Of a stretch of DNA of 64,000 bases, positions 1-9,132 are shown in pieces. A model generated the notes under the pieces. That model saw only the letters and a list, made by a program, of their open reading frames with translations. It had not been told where the DNA came from and did no database searches. Every line of letters starts with the position of its first letter. The stretch's first letter is position 1. Source of the stretch: a virus (taxonomy: Duplodnaviria; Caudoviricetes). The DNA lies in IMG/VR virus record IMGVR_UViG_3300042010_000129, positions 1-64,000 of that record; one strand, written 5' to 3'. The position numbers and the translations under genes were made by a program.

Positions 1-53
1 GGCAGGGCGGGCGGGCGGCTGGCGGGAAGGGGGGCTGCGGAACTGGGGGATGG

Positions 54-293
54 GCGCCTTCGGCGCAGTTACCGTAGGTAACGAGCATTAAACCGAAGGC
101 CTATTGTATTGTCGCAAGATCAATACAACGCAGGCAGAGCTATCCTTAAAAGTTCAAGCATTCATGCAACGCTTCCGCCTTGCTTTCTGCACCGACGCTG
201 GGTGTGGGGATTTGCCGGACGCTTTTCTATTACGGGGAACCTTCGGTTCCCGCTCCTAACGCTCCGCGTTAGTCGCTATCGTTCTCGCTTCGC
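54..293. other. Cluster of short perfect hairpins, most with GNA triloops; candidate origin or structured region
   Basis: gcgcc-ttc-ggcgc (54-66), gttacc-gta-ggtaac (68-82), ttgtattg-N9-caatacaa (104-128), gggaacc-ttc-ggttccc (235-251), ctaacgc-tcc-gcgttag (256-272), GCGAAGC on - strand (287-293); no credible CDS. Confidence 0.55.
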
Positions 294-442
294 TCTAACT
301 GTCTGGCTTTCTCGCACGTTCAGTGCGATTGTGCCGGTTCCTGTTACTCAAGCGGTTCGATTTGCAGGCTCACTCTGTTCGCAACGTTCCAAACGATTTC
401 TCGTTCTGTCACTCAATTGTTCAGCATCCATACTCAATCCAC

Positions 443-455
443 TATTTACAGTTTT
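443..455 (-). promoter_or_regulatory. AACTGTAAATA motif (putative phage promoter), pointing left
   Basis: tatttacagtttt = reverse complement of aaaactgtaaata; one of 16 ACTGTAAAT copies. Confidence 0.5.
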
Positions 456-541
456 GGATTTCATGTTTTTGGTTCGGATTCCCTGTACCCATTGGGCCTA
501 TTGCCGGGTTGCCATTCGAATCATTTGAATAAAAAGGCAAT

Positions 542-570
542 AAAAAAGGGGAACCTTTCGGCTCCCCTTT
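542..570 (-). terminator. Intrinsic terminator for the - strand operon
   Basis: On - strand: aaaggggagcc-gaaa-ggttcccc followed by T6; lies just after the 588..1487 stop. Confidence 0.85.
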
Positions 571-587
571 GGGTGGTTTGAAACGAT

Positions 588-1487
588 TTAAATGCTGCTG
601 GCAGTCAGTTTGTCGTAGAGTTCGAGGATGTTTGCGCTGAAATCAAACCCTTTCAACCCGTGCAAACAAACTTTGCAATCGGGCCAATCGTGTTCGGCGC
701 AATTGGTTGGCATTGCCATCATGCGCGCAGGCAGTGGGCACGGGTCTGCATCCATTAGCAAACGTTCGCAAACCAGTTTCACAACCTTGACCATTTGTTC
801 ACCGGTCAACAGGAAGTTTTCACCGGTTTGACCGTTGTTGATTTGCACGGTTGCCATCGGCTCTTCAATCACACCACATTCGGCAACAACGGGTTCAACG
901 GCCACCGCTGCATCGCACGTCGCTGGATCTACCGCAATTGGCGTTTCGCAAGGCTGATCCAACAATTCAGGCGACGGCGGATTTGGAATAACCTGTTGGA
1001 ACGTTCCGTCTTCCGGCACGCCTTCCATCATGGTATTTCCATTTACAGAAATACGAATTTTCCGTGGGCCGTAAGTCTGAATGCAAACCGACGTATCACC
1101 GTCGCGCTGGAAAGTCGTAACGTCTGCGTAACTCGGTTCCACTTGTGCAGGCGTGTACGGATTTGCGCAAGGTTGACCAGCATTCAAACGGGCTTCACGT
1201 GCTGCCCATTCTTCGCGTGTCCAATCGCCCATACTGGCGAGCGCCAGATTGCTTGCCGTGGCCCGGTGCTGTGCTTCGAGTTTGTGGGTGATTTCGTGTT
1301 TGATTTTGTCCCACATTTTTGCGAAGTGACGCGAATCCTTTTTCTGGATTGCGGTCGCCAGTTTATCACCGGTTTCCTTGGACAAAAGGGGCATGATCAT
1401 ACGCAACATGATGCTGCGTTTCTTTCCTGCATCCTTGTGACTGCGAGCCATGGCAATCATGTTGGATGCGATGATTAATTCTTTCAT
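588..1487 (-). CDS. Hypothetical protein, 299 aa
   Basis: Full ORF, start overlaps upstream stop, terminator follows; N-terminus MKELIIAS and internal LALAS resemble the A-x-A/S leader motif. Confidence 0.85.
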   Translation of the reverse strand: MKELIIASNMIAMARSHKDAGKKRSIMLRMIMPLLSKETGDKLATAIQKKDSRHFAKMWDKIKHEITHKLEAQHRATASNLALASMGDWTREEWAAREARLNAGQPCANPYTPAQVEPSYADVTTFQRDGDTSVCIQTYGPRKIRISVNGNTMMEGVPEDGTFQQVIPNPPSPELLDQPCETPIAVDPATCDAAVAVEPVVAECGVIEEPMATVQINNGQTGENFLLTGEQMVKVVKLVCERLLMDADPCPLPARMMAMPTNCAEHDWPDCKVCLHGLKGFDFSANILELYDKLTASSI

Positions 1488-2035
1488 TAATCCTCCTGCG
1501 GTGCCGCGTTGATAACCACAATTTCGTAGTCTTCAGTACGCAGAACTTTTTCGATTGTGGAATCAATCATGTGATTGGTCACAACGATTGCGCCCATCGG
1601 ATCGGCCTGCGCGTCGAGGAACAGTTGCGCAATTTCCTGCAATTCTTCATACGTCGGTTCCCAATTATCAGAACCTGCTTTGACGTGCAAAATGCGTTTC
1701 ATGGTTTGCAGCGTGTAACCGTCTTCGAAAACATCCTGCGGGCTGAACGATTCGTGGCCGTTGGAATAACGCACGAAATAACCGCCAGTGTGAACCGGGT
1801 TGCGTTCCATGTAATCGTCGCCAACTACCGCAACGAATTCACCGGTTTTATCGACCAGCACGTATTCGGTGTGGGAAGCAATCGGCAGCAAATCAACGGT
1901 GCCGTTTTCGCGTGGTACTTCTGCGTATTGCTGGGCAGGCACCGTGTCGTTGTGGGTGCCTTTCGCTTGCGCAGTGATGTGTGCGATTTGAAATGCTTCG
2001 ACTTGTTTGTGGCAATTGTAGATTGGAAAATTCAT
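1487..2035 (-). CDS. Conserved phage hypothetical protein, 182 aa
   Basis: CHKQVEA ... GGYFVRYSNGHESFSPQDVFEDGY is a recurrent phage domain signature; coupled overlaps on both sides. Confidence 0.85.
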   Translation of the reverse strand: MNFPIYNCHKQVEAFQIAHITAQAKGTHNDTVPAQQYAEVPRENGTVDLLPIASHTEYVLVDKTGEFVAVVGDDYMERNPVHTGGYFVRYSNGHESFSPQDVFEDGYTLQTMKRILHVKAGSDNWEPTYEELQEIAQLFLDAQADPMGAIVVTNHMIDSTIEKVLRTEDYEIVVINAAPQED

Positions 2036-2199
2036 TCGTAAACCTCGACAGTTGGAGTCCCGCGGCAGCCCATGTGTGGACGCTGCCCATTAGAAGAATC
2101 ATGGTGATACCAATCGGAATACATCGGCTCATGCATCCAGTATTCCCACCGGCCACCGATCAGGCGGCGATACCATTTGAACATCCGAAAGATATTCAT
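2032..2199 (-). CDS. Small hypothetical protein, 55 aa (MNIFRMFK...)
   Basis: Internal Met of ORF 2032..2349 gives ATGA overlaps at both ends. Confidence 0.65.
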   Translation of the reverse strand: MNIFRMFKWYRRLIGGRWEYWMHEPMYSDWYHHDSSNGQRPHMGCRGTPTVEVYE

Positions 2200-2669
2200 T
2201 TGAGTTTGTACCCGTAGTGGATCGAACCACCGTTTGGACTGCCGTTGGAAACGTAACCGCCGCGCAGTTCGAAAATGTCCTGCGCTTTGTTGATAATCTG
2301 CGTCCACTCTTCCGCGATTTGTGCATTCGTGAAAGTCAGGCGTGCGCAATTGTCCGGGCGATCAAAGATCAGGAACACCGAATCGGAGGCCAGTGCAATT
2401 TTCAGCAGGTTCGGGAAAACAGTCCACGGTTTCCACGCACTCAACGAAAGGAATTGCTTGTGGATTTCTGCACGGATGCTGGCAGTCGCCAACATCAAAC
2501 CGCTTTCCAGTTCCGGTTCGAAAAAGTTATTCGAATTGTTGGTGATTTGCCCGATGGAATAACCACGCAGCGCGTAGTGCGCATCGTCGTCGTTTTTGAC
2601 GATCAGTTGGCCGTCGATTGGCGTCACGTTGGTATCGTCGTCGGTGATAATCAGGTGAACGTATTTCAT
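2196..2669 (-). CDS. Hypothetical protein, 157 aa (MKYVHL...)
   Basis: Start at 2669 overlaps the stop of 2666..3748 (ATGA). Confidence 0.75.
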   Translation of the reverse strand: MKYVHLIITDDDTNVTPIDGQLIVKNDDDAHYALRGYSIGQITNNSNNFFEPELESGLMLATASIRAEIHKQFLSLSAWKPWTVFPNLLKIALASDSVFLIFDRPDNCARLTFTNAQIAEEWTQIINKAQDIFELRGGYVSNGSPNGGSIHYGYKLK

Positions 2670-3748
2670 CGCAGTTTGTATCCTTTCGAGATTGTCCTGA
2701 GTGGTTCGGTCGGTTGCAGCACGCGCGCAGAGCAAACCCATTCCAGCCGGGCCTGATCCTGCATAATTTTCCGTTCCTTGTCGCGAATTTTCAGATAGAG
2801 ATTTCGTTCTGGAATGCAGACGATATCACCTTCGTTCACGTCGCTGACTTCTGGCCCCATCACGATTGGAATATCGCTCATGGTTTGCAGACGGTCGTAA
2901 TCGAGTACGGTGGTTTCGCCGCCGATGTTCGCGTTAATCCGCTCGACGCCCATATCGAATTCAATTGCGAAATGGGTGAAGCGCTCGACCTTCACGTACA
3001 GGTCGATGGTGCGGCCTTCGAAGCGGCGCAAATCTGTAATCGTGATTTGTTTTCCGTCTTTGCGTAGCGGACGTTCACGCAGCACGAACAAATCTTCGCG
3101 GATGCTGTAGGTCGCAGAAACGAAATACTTCGGCACCAGCACTTGGAACATCACGTAACCGTTTTGTTCTTCACGCACGAATGCATGCGGGCTGCTGGTC
3201 GAATCCAAATGCACGCCTTCGAGTCCGGCCACATCGTAATGCGTGTAGACCTTGCGCTGCGCACCGTAGGATTTATAACCGGGTTGGCGCAGCGAGCGAT
3301 AGCAGATACCGCAATTGACCGAGCCTTGGTTTACCGAGTCCTCGAATTGTTCCGTTTCGATTCCGCGCAGGCCGTCGTTTGCATCTTCCTGAATACCGGA
3401 AACGTCGCGGACTTCCACGTCGTTAAACATGCGATCCATTTCCGTACCGAAAATATCTTCGTCTTGGAATTCGATCCCGATATTTTCCGAGGAACGATCA
3501 CGCTGGGGAATTGTTGGCGTTACGTTTGAGGTGGGCGGAATTTCGACGTTGGTACGGCAGCAGGAACAGGGGCGTCCGACTTGCCGATCAATCTGATACA
3601 GAACGATTTTAACCGCGTTAACGGCCAACGAATTCGAAACCTGATGGTTGTAAGCTGTAACCGTTTCATCCATTCGGGCTTGCGCCTGCTTCTGAATGAA
3701 ATTTCGTGCGTGATTACGACGCACATTAGCGGGGCCGCGTTTGATCAT
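2666..3748 (-). CDS. Hypothetical protein, 360 aa, possibly virion neck/head-completion type
   Basis: GGAGG SD upstream; CSCC and CGIC motifs as in some myophage neck proteins (weak inference). Confidence 0.8.
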   Translation of the reverse strand: MIKRGPANVRRNHARNFIQKQAQARMDETVTAYNHQVSNSLAVNAVKIVLYQIDRQVGRPCSCCRTNVEIPPTSNVTPTIPQRDRSSENIGIEFQDEDIFGTEMDRMFNDVEVRDVSGIQEDANDGLRGIETEQFEDSVNQGSVNCGICYRSLRQPGYKSYGAQRKVYTHYDVAGLEGVHLDSTSSPHAFVREEQNGYVMFQVLVPKYFVSATYSIREDLFVLRERPLRKDGKQITITDLRRFEGRTIDLYVKVERFTHFAIEFDMGVERINANIGGETTVLDYDRLQTMSDIPIVMGPEVSDVNEGDIVCIPERNLYLKIRDKERKIMQDQARLEWVCSARVLQPTEPLRTISKGYKLR

Positions 3749-3835
3749 AGATGATCCTCCATTCCCTTTAAATTACTGGCCTGAAAACCGAGGATGCGAA
3801 TTGTAATTCAGTAGTATGAGTTAAGGAGCAACACC

Positions 3836-4471
3836 ATGGCCCGTAAGCGTAAAGCAAAACCGAAGCCGATCAAGATTGAATTGCCTGTGCCCAAGAAGAA
3901 ACGTATTCGCGTAATGGGCGAAGACATGGGCACAAAGAATTACGCCGTAACGCAAATCGAAGCGTGGGTGAAAGAGGAAGACGGCAAACGCCGCATGTGC
4001 TTTAAAATCATCGGTACAAAGATGATGGAACACATGATTCACGACGTAAAGATTGCACAGCTTGAATGCCGTGCGTTTGTCGATGAATACAACCAATTGC
4101 CAGCCGTTGATTACATTGCAGCCGAACGCTTTCAGGCCCGGCCCGGTCGCGGTGCTGGAACCACGGTTGAAGCCATTTCCATGATGCTTGGCGTAATGAT
4201 GATCCTGCGCCCGGACGTTCCAACCGAGTTCTATACGGCTGCAACGTGGAAAAACGAATTCAATCGGACGCCCGCCGATTTGAAAGAGATGTACGAAGAC
4301 CTGAAAGTGAAATACAAAGGCCAAGGAATCGTGATTCACCAACTGGATTCGTTCCTTATCGCGCTTTACCACGCAGCGAAATTATTGCGTGTTCCGGCCT
4401 ATGATTTCATTCATTCGCATACCGATGAAGAACGACTTTTCAATGTCCTTTCCAAAGCCCCAACCCTTTAA
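3836..4471 (+). CDS. RuvC-like Holliday junction resolvase
   Basis: RNase H-fold pattern VMGEDMGTKNYA, IAAERFQ, WK, HQLDSFLIA; AAGGAG SD; Lys-rich N-tail. Confidence 0.75.
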   Translation: MARKRKAKPKPIKIELPVPKKKRIRVMGEDMGTKNYAVTQIEAWVKEEDGKRRMCFKIIGTKMMEHMIHDVKIAQLECRAFVDEYNQLPAVDYIAAERFQARPGRGAGTTVEAISMMLGVMMILRPDVPTEFYTAATWKNEFNRTPADLKEMYEDLKVKYKGQGIVIHQLDSFLIALYHAAKLLRVPAYDFIHSHTDEERLFNVLSKAPTL

Positions 4472-4519
4472 ATAATGTAAATACAGGTTAATAATCTGGC
4501 ATTAAAAAGGGCGGGGAAA

Positions 4520-4954
4520 ATGAAGGATATCAAAACTGTTTCGATTGATTTTAAACTGTTTCGGGCGGGCTTTAGCATCGGCCATAACGACCCGAAAAAC
4601 CCGTTCCCCGAATCCTTTTTGGAGAACGTGGTGTATGCTCATTTGGATATCGACCGCCTGCGCGAAGACGATCAGACCCGGCCACACCAGCTGGCGCTGG
4701 GCATCGCAGAACGCATGACCAACGTGAAATATATTTACGAATTGTCGGTGGGGAAAATCGAACCGCCGCAAGAAATTTGGCTGTACAGCGAAATGCTTTC
4801 GAAGCACGTTGTGGCGAAACGCATTCTGACCGATATCAAAATGCGCGCAAGTTCGAGCAGCTATTCGAAATTGCCGGGCGGTGACAAAGAAATGTTGGTG
4901 CATCGCATGGTTTTCAATTGCTTCCTCGACGATATCGAGTTTCCGGGTCTGTAA
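4520..4954 (+). CDS. Hypothetical protein, 144 aa
   Basis: ORF with coupled downstream start; variant motif aatgtaaata at 4474-4483 upstream. Confidence 0.8.
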   Translation: MKDIKTVSIDFKLFRAGFSIGHNDPKNPFPESFLENVVYAHLDIDRLREDDQTRPHQLALGIAERMTNVKYIYELSVGKIEPPQEIWLYSEMLSKHVVAKRILTDIKMRASSSSYSKLPGGDKEMLVHRMVFNCFLDDIEFPGL

Positions 4955-5493
4955 TGGCGCACGAATGCCCACTGAGCCACTATGCGTTTAAAACGAAATG
5001 CCGTGTGACCACTTGTAAATATTACACGGAACAAACGCAACGTCGCTGTATGGCCCTCGATGCTGTGTTCGCCTCAACGAAAGGCGATCAGGAACAAGGT
5101 AAGAAAAAGAAAAAGAAAGACCAGCCAAAAGGTCTAACGGATGTGGAACTGCGATTGTTGAAATTGCCACATCTGACAAAGCGTGATGTGTTGATTGCCC
5201 GCAAAGCTTCGTGCGAACGCGTGTGGGCCGTCGTCGCCTTGTATCACGCGGCCCTCGAAGCAGCCAGCTACCAAAGTGACGACTTCGCGGAAGAAACACC
5301 GATCACCAGAAAAATTGCGGCGCATCCACTTTTTCAAGATCCGGATTTGAAATTGGAACCGTGGATGATTCCGATGCTGTTAGACAAAGAGCATATGTCG
5401 AAATACGGCAGTCCAAAAATTCACCTACTGTTCGATGTGACCGACAAGGAACTAGAACAGACCTACCCTAGCGACGGAGAAACACCTACATGA
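4954..5493 (+). CDS. Hypothetical Cys-rich (zinc-finger-like) protein, 179 aa
   Basis: TAATG overlap at 4952-4956; CP..C...C...C cluster at N-terminus; K6 patch. Confidence 0.8.
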   Translation: MAHECPLSHYAFKTKCRVTTCKYYTEQTQRRCMALDAVFASTKGDQEQGKKKKKKDQPKGLTDVELRLLKLPHLTKRDVLIARKASCERVWAVVALYHAALEAASYQSDDFAEETPITRKIAAHPLFQDPDLKLEPWMIPMLLDKEHMSKYGSPKIHLLFDVTDKELEQTYPSDGETPT

Positions 5494-6131
5494 GCGCCAA
5501 GCCACAATCGAAAGCCCTGATGCGTCCCCTTACCGTTACTCAAGCGCTGGTCGATCACAAAGACGATCTGGCCCTTTACGTGATGAACCGTACCAAACCG
5601 GCAGGCAATATCAACCTGACCGTTTTGGGCGAAGACGGCACGCAACAATCCATCGTGATTCCGAAAACTTTCGTGCCTATCGACATGACGCTTTTCGCGC
5701 CGCGTTCGAACCTGCTGAAAAACAAACATTTCCGTCAACTGTGCCAGCTGGGCGAAATCGCCATCGCGCACCCGGACGACGCTGAAGCAGCAATTCAGAA
5801 CAGCCCGAAAGCGAAACAGGAAATCCAACGCGTTCTGACCATGAACGCCGGTTCCGATTCTTCGGCAATGCCGGAAATGCTGGAAATGCGCACCGACGTT
5901 GCGCCGCCTGTTCAACAGCAAGCGCCGATCCACAACGAAGAATCGTACAGCCCGACGCCGTTTGTTGCTGGCATCGTGAACCGTGCGCTTCTGGAAGGCG
6001 AAGACATGGCCGACCTGATGGACGACATTTCGATGCGCGGCGACGAACTGACCTTCGACGATCTGACCTACATCGCGAACAACGTTGAAGATCAGACGCT
6101 GAAAATGTTCATCGCTGACATGATCCCGTAA
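5490..6131 (+). CDS. Hypothetical protein, 213 aa
   Basis: ATGA overlap, strong phage codon usage, terminator follows. Confidence 0.85.
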   Translation: MSAKPQSKALMRPLTVTQALVDHKDDLALYVMNRTKPAGNINLTVLGEDGTQQSIVIPKTFVPIDMTLFAPRSNLLKNKHFRQLCQLGEIAIAHPDDAEAAIQNSPKAKQEIQRVLTMNAGSDSSAMPEMLEMRTDVAPPVQQQAPIHNEESYSPTPFVAGIVNRALLEGEDMADLMDDISMRGDELTFDDLTYIANNVEDQTLKMFIADMIP

Positions 6132-6151
6132 TTTTACGGAATTTAGGCAAT

Positions 6152-6192
6152 AAAAAAGGCCGCTCTCCTAAATGGATTGCGGCCTTTTTTTT
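6152..6192. terminator. Bidirectional intrinsic terminator between convergent genes
   Basis: aaaaaaggccgc ... gcggcctttttttt. Confidence 0.85.
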
Positions 6193-6207
6193 GGTTCTGA
6201 CGCAGCG

Positions 6208-6510
6208 TTAATCGGGGATTTCAATGTCACGGATTTGTTGGCAGATATCCAACACCGTATTTGGAATCGAACCTGTACGCAGAGCTTTCAGCAGCGCGAC
6301 GTTACGCACAATCCCTTCGTGCATCCCGCGCACCATGTCGAGTGCGAAAGATTCCGTCACGTCTTCCTGAAAACCAACGAACTGTGCAGGCGCGTGGCCG
6401 TAGCCGAATTCCTCGTACAACTTACGCATGACCAGCATGTGTTTTTCCATCGCAATGACCAGCTGTTCACGCGTGGCGTCGGTGACGAACTTTTGTTTTG
6501 CTCCGCTCAT
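6208..6510 (-). CDS. Hypothetical protein, 100 aa
   Basis: Start overlaps the upstream stop; ends at the terminator. Confidence 0.75.
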   Translation of the reverse strand: MSGAKQKFVTDATREQLVIAMEKHMLVMRKLYEEFGYGHAPAQFVGFQEDVTESFALDMVRGMHEGIVRNVALLKALRTGSIPNTVLDICQQIRDIEIPD

Positions 6511-6821
6511 TAAATATTCCCCGCTGTTGCATGTTTGGTGCGCAGTGCAATTGTCAGCGTGCGCTTTTTCAATTCACCTTGACGTAGCAACTCAAGCTGT
6601 TCGAGTTTTGCATTAATGCTTTTCTCGGTGGCAATTGTCCACAAGAATACATTTGTCAGCAGCAAATCCCCACCGGGCAAGCCACGCGCCCCAGCGCCCC
6701 ATGTACCTACACCGAATTCGAAGTGCAGGGCCTTGTCTACTTTGTCTTCCATGTTGTACAGGCTTTGCAGTGCGGCTGTCGTTTCTTCATCCGCGTACTT
6801 TTCGTTTGGTTGGTTCGACAC
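6510..6821 (-). CDS. Hypothetical protein, 103 aa
   Basis: GTG start; in the primase operon. Confidence 0.7.
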   Translation of the reverse strand: MSNQPNEKYADEETTAALQSLYNMEDKVDKALHFEFGVGTWGAGARGLPGGDLLLTNVFLWTIATEKSINAKLEQLELLRQGELKKRTLTIALRTKHATAGNI

Positions 6822-7908
6822 TTTTTGTGATCCTCTTCGGTTTCTTTTCCATGGACAGCTTCGGGAATTCCTTGCTGGTTTTCTCGATAGCCTTAACTTT
6901 CTTCACTTTCTTTTTCTTCGGCTTTTCTTCTTGGCCGTAGGCGTAGACAATATCCTTCACCTTGTCTATCAGCTTCTGCGGTGCGGCGTCCGGGTCAAGC
7001 TTGATCAGATTGCCTTCGTCGTCATACTTGCACGGCAATTTCAGTTCTTCGAAATCCAGCTGACCGTCACAGAAACTTTCAACCAATCGGGCCATCTGCT
7101 TACCGGCTTTGTCGTTATCCGTCAGCGTGTAAACCTTCGTGATGCCGAGGCCTTGCAGCAGCATCAATTTACGCGGGCCAAACATTTTCGAACCGAGAAT
7201 CGCACAGGCCGGGATTTTATTCAGCACCAGACGCAGCCAGTCACGCGGGCCTTCACACAGCACCACCGCTTTGCAACCGAACAAATCGTACTTGCGTATA
7301 AAATCGTAACCGAGCAAACCGTAGTCCATTACCCAATCACCTTTGGTGTTGATATAGGACAATCCGGTTTCCTGTTTTTCCATCAACGCTTTAACGCCGC
7401 CCTTGTACCGGCCATTAATGTAAATAGGAAGAGCAAGCAAAACGTCTTCGCGTTGATCCTCACTGAACATGTGACCATTCACGCGTTCGATCATTGTGCC
7501 GGGATATCCGCGCCAGTCTTTTTCCTTGGGCCACGGAATTACCGCGCCGCCCAATTCTTCGTAGAGTCGCCCGATGGAACGGTTATTCGTATTTTCTCTT
7601 TCTTTCTTTTTCCGGTTGTATCGTGCCCGGTCGCCAGCAGTTGATCCGTTGAAGAATTGCCATTTTTTCAACTGCTGTAAATCAAGCTTAGCCGCCAGCT
7701 TGTTCCACGGCCCCGATTCGCCACACGACCAACAGTTAAACGTTCCTACAGGCACCCGCGCTTCTAGGCTGATGTTAATGCCGAGCGATGGGTTACTGTC
7801 TTCGTGGAACGGACAAACGATTTCGAACGTGGTTGTTTTGAATCTGGTTGGGCCTTGGATTTTTTCTAGTTCGGCCATGATGACCGTGAAGGCATCATCA
7901 AGTTTCAT
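6787..7908 (-). CDS. dnaG: DNA primase (CHC2 zinc finger plus TOPRIM)
   Basis: CPFHEDSNPS...FNCWSCG zinc ribbon; LCEGPRD and LTDNDKAG TOPRIM motifs; Lys-rich C-tail. Confidence 0.9.
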   Translation of the reverse strand: MKLDDAFTVIMAELEKIQGPTRFKTTTFEIVCPFHEDSNPSLGINISLEARVPVGTFNCWSCGESGPWNKLAAKLDLQQLKKWQFFNGSTAGDRARYNRKKKERENTNNRSIGRLYEELGGAVIPWPKEKDWRGYPGTMIERVNGHMFSEDQREDVLLALPIYINGRYKGGVKALMEKQETGLSYINTKGDWVMDYGLLGYDFIRKYDLFGCKAVVLCEGPRDWLRLVLNKIPACAILGSKMFGPRKLMLLQGLGITKVYTLTDNDKAGKQMARLVESFCDGQLDFEELKLPCKYDDEGNLIKLDPDAAPQKLIDKVKDIVYAYGQEEKPKKKKVKKVKAIEKTSKEFPKLSMEKKPKRITKSVEPTKRKVRG

Positions 7909-7943
7909 TTAATCGACCTCAAGAATACCAATTTAATAGTATC

Positions 7944-7953
7944 ATTTACAGTT
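7944..7953 (-). promoter_or_regulatory. ACTGTAAAT motif upstream of the primase
   Basis: atttacagtt = reverse complement of aactgtaaat, ~35 nt before the primase start, same strand. Confidence 0.6.
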
Positions 7954-7965
7954 ACTGGGGCGCCT

Positions 7966-9132
7966 GTGTTTAAGGATATTGCGAGCCGTATAAAAAAGGA
8001 AAGACGGTCAGTGCATATCGAATCGCACTTAGGCCAAGTCTATGCGCAGATAATGGATAGCAACATTATCACGCCGAATGGTCGCGGGCCTGAATATCGC
8101 CCGTCCTCCTTTCCAATTTGTCCAATCCTCGTTCACATGCAGTTTTTGCAAGCGGCGGAAAACGGATTCTATCAATCGAACATGTCAGCAGGCGGCGGGT
8201 ATTTCACCACGGTCGGAACTGCTGCGCACGAAAACATTCAGTATTACATGGGGCAGACACGGAAAGTTTTCGGTGATTGGAAATGCCGGAACAGCAAGTG
8301 TCAGAAGCACCACGACGCCCGCGATCTTTACGACGAAAAAGGCGTGATGTATCGCAAAGGAAAACTGACGACAAAAAACACCACGAACAACCTGTGCCCT
8401 GAATGCGGCATCGCTTGTGAGTACGTGGAAAAGTGCATTGATTACTTCGGCCTGAAAGGTCACATCGACTGCATTTATGAAATGCCTGATGGCACGTACT
8501 GGGTTCTCGACTACAAGACGACCACCAAAGGTCTGATGGAAGGGAACAAACTTCCGAAGCGTGAACACTTGATGCAGGTTCCGACATACTGCTACGTGTT
8601 GGAAAAGAAATACAAAATGAAAATCTCCGGATTCTCATTGCTGTACCTCAGTCGCGACAACCCGTATCAGTTCAAAGAGAAAGCCGAACGCTGGGGCGAG
8701 CGCCGTCGCAACGAAACGAAAAAACTGATCATCCAGCAGAAGAAAATCTACCGGTCTGCTGTGAACAGTTTTATTCAGAACAAACCAGAACTCGCGATCA
8801 AGTGCAAACCGTGCAAAGCGCCAGACGATTACGAACGTTTGATGCCCGCATATGAGCCGTGCCCGATGGAAAAGGTCTGCTTTAATAAACGCAGCCTGAC
8901 CGACAACATGCTGCACGCTCTGCAACCGGAAAAACTGATCAAGGTACTGAACATTACCAACAACATGGAAAACTATGTTGAACCGGAAGTGCTTTCGGTG
9001 CTGAAGAAACTCTGCGACAAGCCGAAGAAATTGAAAAAGAAATCCAGCGCGTCTGATACCGACCTCAAACTGCCGTCGGCCAAGGCGAAAAAGAAAAAGA
9101 CTTCCAAACCTTTGAGGTTGACCAAGAAATGA
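7966..9132 (+). CDS. Cas4/RecB-like PD-(D/E)xK exonuclease
   Basis: RPSSFPICP, GTAAHENIQ, GHIDCIYE..VLDYKT, QVPTY, CKPC..CPMEKVC (Fe-S staple pattern); GTG start uncertain. Confidence 0.8.
   Translation: MFKDIASRIKKERRSVHIESHLGQVYAQIMDSNIITPNGRGPEYRPSSFPICPILVHMQFLQAAENGFYQSNMSAGGGYFTTVGTAAHENIQYYMGQTRKVFGDWKCRNSKCQKHHDARDLYDEKGVMYRKGKLTTKNTTNNLCPECGIACEYVEKCIDYFGLKGHIDCIYEMPDGTYWVLDYKTTTKGLMEGNKLPKREHLMQVPTYCYVLEKKYKMKISGFSLLYLSRDNPYQFKEKAERWGERRRNETKKLIIQQKKIYRSAVNSFIQNKPELAIKCKPCKAPDDYERLMPAYEPCPMEKVCFNKRSLTDNMLHALQPEKLIKVLNITNNMENYVEPEVLSVLKKLCDKPKKLKKKSSASDTDLKLPSAKAKKKKTSKPLRLTKK

Noticed and set aside
109-532. ORFs 109..528 and 323..532 (+), and a 38-codon - strand ORF near 350-465
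   Set aside because: No SD, atypical codon usage, and they run through a hairpin cluster.
536-6159. GGCAATAAAAAAGG repeated at 536-549 and 6146-6159
   Set aside because: Both are the reverse complement of a terminator T-tract plus ATTGCC, explained by terminator architecture.
7966-9132. CRISPR-Cas locus suggested by the Cas4-like gene
   Set aside because: No repeat-spacer array, cas1 or cas2 seen; the tandem repeats in the window are coding and lack unique spacers.
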